64,000 bases of DNA from NCBI RefSeq assembly GCF_009914755.1, contig NC_060934.1. One strand, 5' to 3'. A program made the position numbers and the translations under genes. The stretch is from the human T2T-CHM13v2.0 reference genome, Homo sapiens. Shown here piece by piece: positions 58,281 to 64,000 of this stretch (position 1 is the stretch's first letter; every line of letters begins with the position of its first letter). Below the pieces are notes generated by a model. It searched no databases. It saw nothing but the letters and a program-made list of their open reading frames with translations, and was not told where the DNA came from.

Positions 58281-58323
58281 CATCCATCCTATTAGCTCTG
58301 TACTTCTAGAGAACCCTAATACA
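57856..58323 (+). mobile_element. MLT2A1 (HERV-L) solo LTR
   Basis: (c)gtgatggttaat...ggatacaaagtattgatcctggg...gagaaccctaataca; 5-bp TSD cagac at 57851-57855 and 58324-58328. Confidence 0.92.
58244..58287. repeat. (CTAT)9(CCAT)2 tetranucleotide STR inside MLT2A1
   Basis: Direct read. Confidence 0.95.
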
Positions 58324-58328
58324 CAGAC

Positions 58329-58835
58329 TCTCATTTTACCTTCTAGGGACCAACCTTTCTCACATGGTAGAGCTCTCAATTTGAGTGACTACAACCGCTG
58401 CCACAGTGATGGGCATATCCACATAGCCCAGATTGACATGTGACCCCATCTCCCGAAGCCCAGTGGTTAATCCACAAATGGAACATGACCCAAGCAGAGC
58501 CCATCAGGTTTCTTGTTCAAGCATTTGTATGGATACTGGAAGACATTTTTATCTGAGGGACTTGTAACCCAGGACCAGGAAAGAAAATCTTTATCATTCC
58601 CAGAGAATGTGTTCCTAGAACAAGAGCCTACCAAGAGGGAAGTTGTGCTGAGTATCAAAGAGAAAGAAACATTAATGTGACAGTGCTATTTGAGTCCCTA
58701 TCCCCAGCCCTGTATGCCTAAAAATATCCCCTCCTGGCCCTTTTAACTACATTAGCCAATTATTTTCCATCTTTTGTTTAAGCTAATTTGAGTGTGGTTT
58801 CTGCCAGAGGAAACCAAAAGAACCCAGACTAATAG
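58329..58835 (+). mobile_element. MLT1J/K-like LTR (host of the MLT2A1)
   Basis: ggaacatgacccaagcagagcccatcag...ttaagctaatttgagtgtggtttctg...aaccaaaagaacccagactaata. Confidence 0.7.
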
Positions 58836-60156
58836 TAAATGAGTAATGTAATGAATGTCTGTTTTGCTTATCTGTTGGAGAAGAGAGTAATGAATGTAAG
58901 ATGACTTCTCGTCTCTTGGTTTTATCTACACTCACCATGCAGGTATTGGCTTATCAGGCATGGTCAATCTCTTGATAGAAGTGCCCAGAGAAAATAAGGA
59001 GAACATAGCATCTGCCCAAATCAATAAATATACAAGGTAGATTCCACTAATTATTTCAGCCTTTAAAATACAGTTTTACTCATATTTTAAAATGTTTTCA
59101 AGTAGCATGAAAAAGGAATCTTCAAAAATTTCTGCTCTAGATTCATGAAGATTTTTCCTTCATGTTATGTTTCTAAGTAAATACATTCATCACTAAATAA
59201 AAACCACTACGTTTTAAATTATTCTTTGAACCAAATGAAGGCATAATTGTCTTTAAAAGTACCACATTTTCTATTGGAAAAAAAATGCAGCAAAGAGATT
59301 TATGAGTCTAATCACCATCACAACAGGATTCTTAAAATTGCAGCTTGGTTTATGGGATTGATTACACTATTCTTGGCAAATAATTCTCCTCCTGCCACAC
59401 ACTGATCCACTTCAACCTCCCCTTCCTCTTCTCCTAGATTAGATAATGGAAGAGATCACGTATCTTACAGAAAAGTATAATTGTGAGTCATGTAGTAGGG
59501 AGGTATTCAATACTTATGCCAAAAGACAATTTTAAAATCAATAAGAAAAACTATCCAAGGAAGTTAATTTAGTTAAAAAAAAAAAAAAAAAAAAAAGCTG
59601 AGATTCAGGCCTGAATTACAGATAGTTTTAGTTTAAAAAAAAAAAAAAAAAAAACGATGAGTCATTGCTGCTCTTCCCTGATGTTCAAATTTAAACATAA
59701 AACTCAGGTATATTTTTAGGAGTAATTGTCGTCTACATGGTTGCTTAGGACTAAAGTTTTATTTACTGTAAAAATTTATGAGGCTTTTATACAAATATCT
59801 TAATGCTTTTTCCATTTAATTTTAGATATTTCTGGAAATGTGGGTTAGGATGTATATAATTGTCATATATCCTAAGAAAATCTTTCCTAATGAGATTTTT
59901 TTGATGCCCAGAATTTGAAATCCTCTTTTGTCACCCAATTTATTTTGTCCACAATTTTCTGTAGGCATTACAAAAACAAAACAAAATAAAAATGTGCAAA
60001 CATTCTATTAAAAAATTATTGATCTTTAAAAAGAAAGCTAAGCCACTTCTTATAAATCCACTTGTTATTCTAAAAATTGCATTTTGACATGAGTAATTTT
60101 TCTCAGAATGATATTTTTACCAAAGTTATTGGTCTAGTAATTTAATATATAATCTA

Positions 60157-61640
<1,484 letters not shown>

Positions 61641-62151
61641 CTTCACAGAAGTTTCACATATGAAACTTTCTAATATAAATTATTCTATGTAGCATGGTCA
61701 TTGGGGTATATTTGTATATGTTGCATGTGTTTGTGTGTGTGATGTATATAGACATTACAGACTTTCAGGGCTTTATGAAACAATGTTTTGAACAGAAAGC
61801 ACAATAACAATAACATATTTGAATCATTTTTAAGCGAAAACACTGATGAGCAAGTAGGTGAGCAATTATGTGCCCGGCACTGTGCTGAGCAATGTTTAGA
61901 GGAGAAATAAAAGGTATAACATGTTATGCCTAACCTTAAGGTGTTAGCTATGTGGTAGGCAAAGCCAAGACACCTGAAATGATGTAATTTAGGTTATAAT
62001 CAAGGAAGAAATTGCTCAGATCTCATTTAAAAGCTTTTTGGTTGAAAATATACTTTTCTAAATGAAATATGAAGTCATTTTGCCTTAATAATGCCAAATT
62101 GCGGCTGCAATACAATGTCCTCAGCAAAGTTTTATTTCATGTACAACGCCA

Positions 62152-62170
62152 TGCTGCCATCTACTGGCTA
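62152..62170 (-). promoter_or_regulatory. Candidate CTCF binding site
   Basis: Minus strand reads TAGCCAGTAGATGGCAGCA, fitting the CTCF core CCAGYAGRKGGCRS; lies in unique sequence. Motif match only. Confidence 0.7.
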
Positions 62171-62562
62171 TTGCTTGAATTTTCTTTGACAGGTTTTTTA
62201 GTCATATCACTGGACAACTTAATTGACGATTTACTGGGACAGTAAAATATATTTAAAATGCCCTATAACAAAATTTAAACACAATATAAATACTTAGATG
62301 ATACAGAAGAATCTCAATTTAAATAAAATTTTAAACTCATAGTGTCTAAAAACAGTAAAAAAAAAAAAAACTTGCCTTGTGAAAAAGTTTTATAATATGT
62401 CCTGTATGGACCTGGAAAAGGGAGGACAAATTCTATCTATAATGCTGTTCATAGATATCAGTTGCACAAGGAACAAGTTAGGGTCTAAAAACACGTCATT
62501 GTATAGCACAGAATAGAAGAAAACATTTCCCTTTTCAACTGAAACCACATTTTTAGGAATAA

Positions 62563-63215
<653 letters not shown>

Positions 63216-63245
63216 TGGGAAGTTTCTTTAAAATCTTGTTGGGAG

Positions 63246-63545
<300 letters not shown>

Positions 63546-63621
63546 AATTCTTGCTGGGAGTAGATACTGCTTCTGCTCCTCTTCCCACCCCAGATACACC
63601 CCTTCCAGCTATTTCCAAGCT

Positions 63622-63650
63622 GCTTCTGCTCCTGCTCCTGCTCCTGCTCC
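63622..63650. repeat. (GCTCCT)n hexamer repeat, ~4.5 copies
   Basis: gcttctgctcctgctcctgctcctgctcc. Confidence 0.85.
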
Positions 63651-64000
63651 CCCAAAACCAAGGAGAATCTGCTAGTCATATTGGCCACAGCCCAAGGCAA
63701 CCATAACCTGCAGGGTGAGTGTACCTTATGAAGGCACAAAGCTGTGCTCCCACGACTCTTTTTCTTGGTTCCATGCATCAGCGAGTATAAAGGGACATAA
63801 TGTCCTTCTTAGGAACTGGCCATTCCTGGCTAATTTTCTGTGCAGAACCACCTAACCCTCTGTTCCCAAGACAGATTCAAGATACCCCAACATAGCTTCC
63901 CAGTTACTAAGAGAGAGCATTTTGCTTCTTGGATTGCCAGTATTCTGACATATGCTCTCCCAGGAACTCCACGGGGAGGAAAAGCATAGAGCAAGTCTAC

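Noticed and set aside
59108-59164. Imperfect inverted repeat as a possible pre-miRNA
   Set aside because: Stem is short, mismatched and AT-rich.

Overview
This is a primate genomic window, most likely human or great ape, judged from Alu J/S copies, an L1PA3-type LINE and an LTR12 solo LTR. It is AT-rich and CpG-depleted, and I can recognise no host protein-coding exon, RNA gene or CpG island. Much of it is transposon-derived: about 18 Alu/FLAM copies, a 2.7-kb 5'-truncated L1PA3 nested in an older L1, older L1M fragments, solo LTRs (THE1D, LTR8, MER21C, LTR12F, MLT2A1, MLT1), DNA-transposon relics (MER2, MER33, Charlie4-like, MADE2) and many MIR/L2 remnants. The only real protein-coding sequence is the stop-interrupted L1 ORF2; the other ORFs in the track are Alu-derived or chance. 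Most L1/LTR copies lie on the + strand, which hints at a large intron of a minus-strand gene that I cannot name. The most notable non-routine signals are an RFX X-box cluster with a YY1-like motif (44.2-44.3 kb), a strong CTCF motif (62.15 kb), an old ~265-bp tandem duplication of unique DNA (11.4-11.9 kb), a probable L1 3' transduction (38.7-39.06 kb), a trimeric Alu under one TSD pair (47.2-47.66 kb), inverted Alus 30 bp apart (62.9-63.5 kb) and a motif- and splice-site-rich unique block at 24.4-27.0 kb. I found no evidence for a wholly new biological system. Repeat subfamily names come from recalled consensus features and need RepeatMasker/Dfam confirmation; boundaries of old repeats are approximate.
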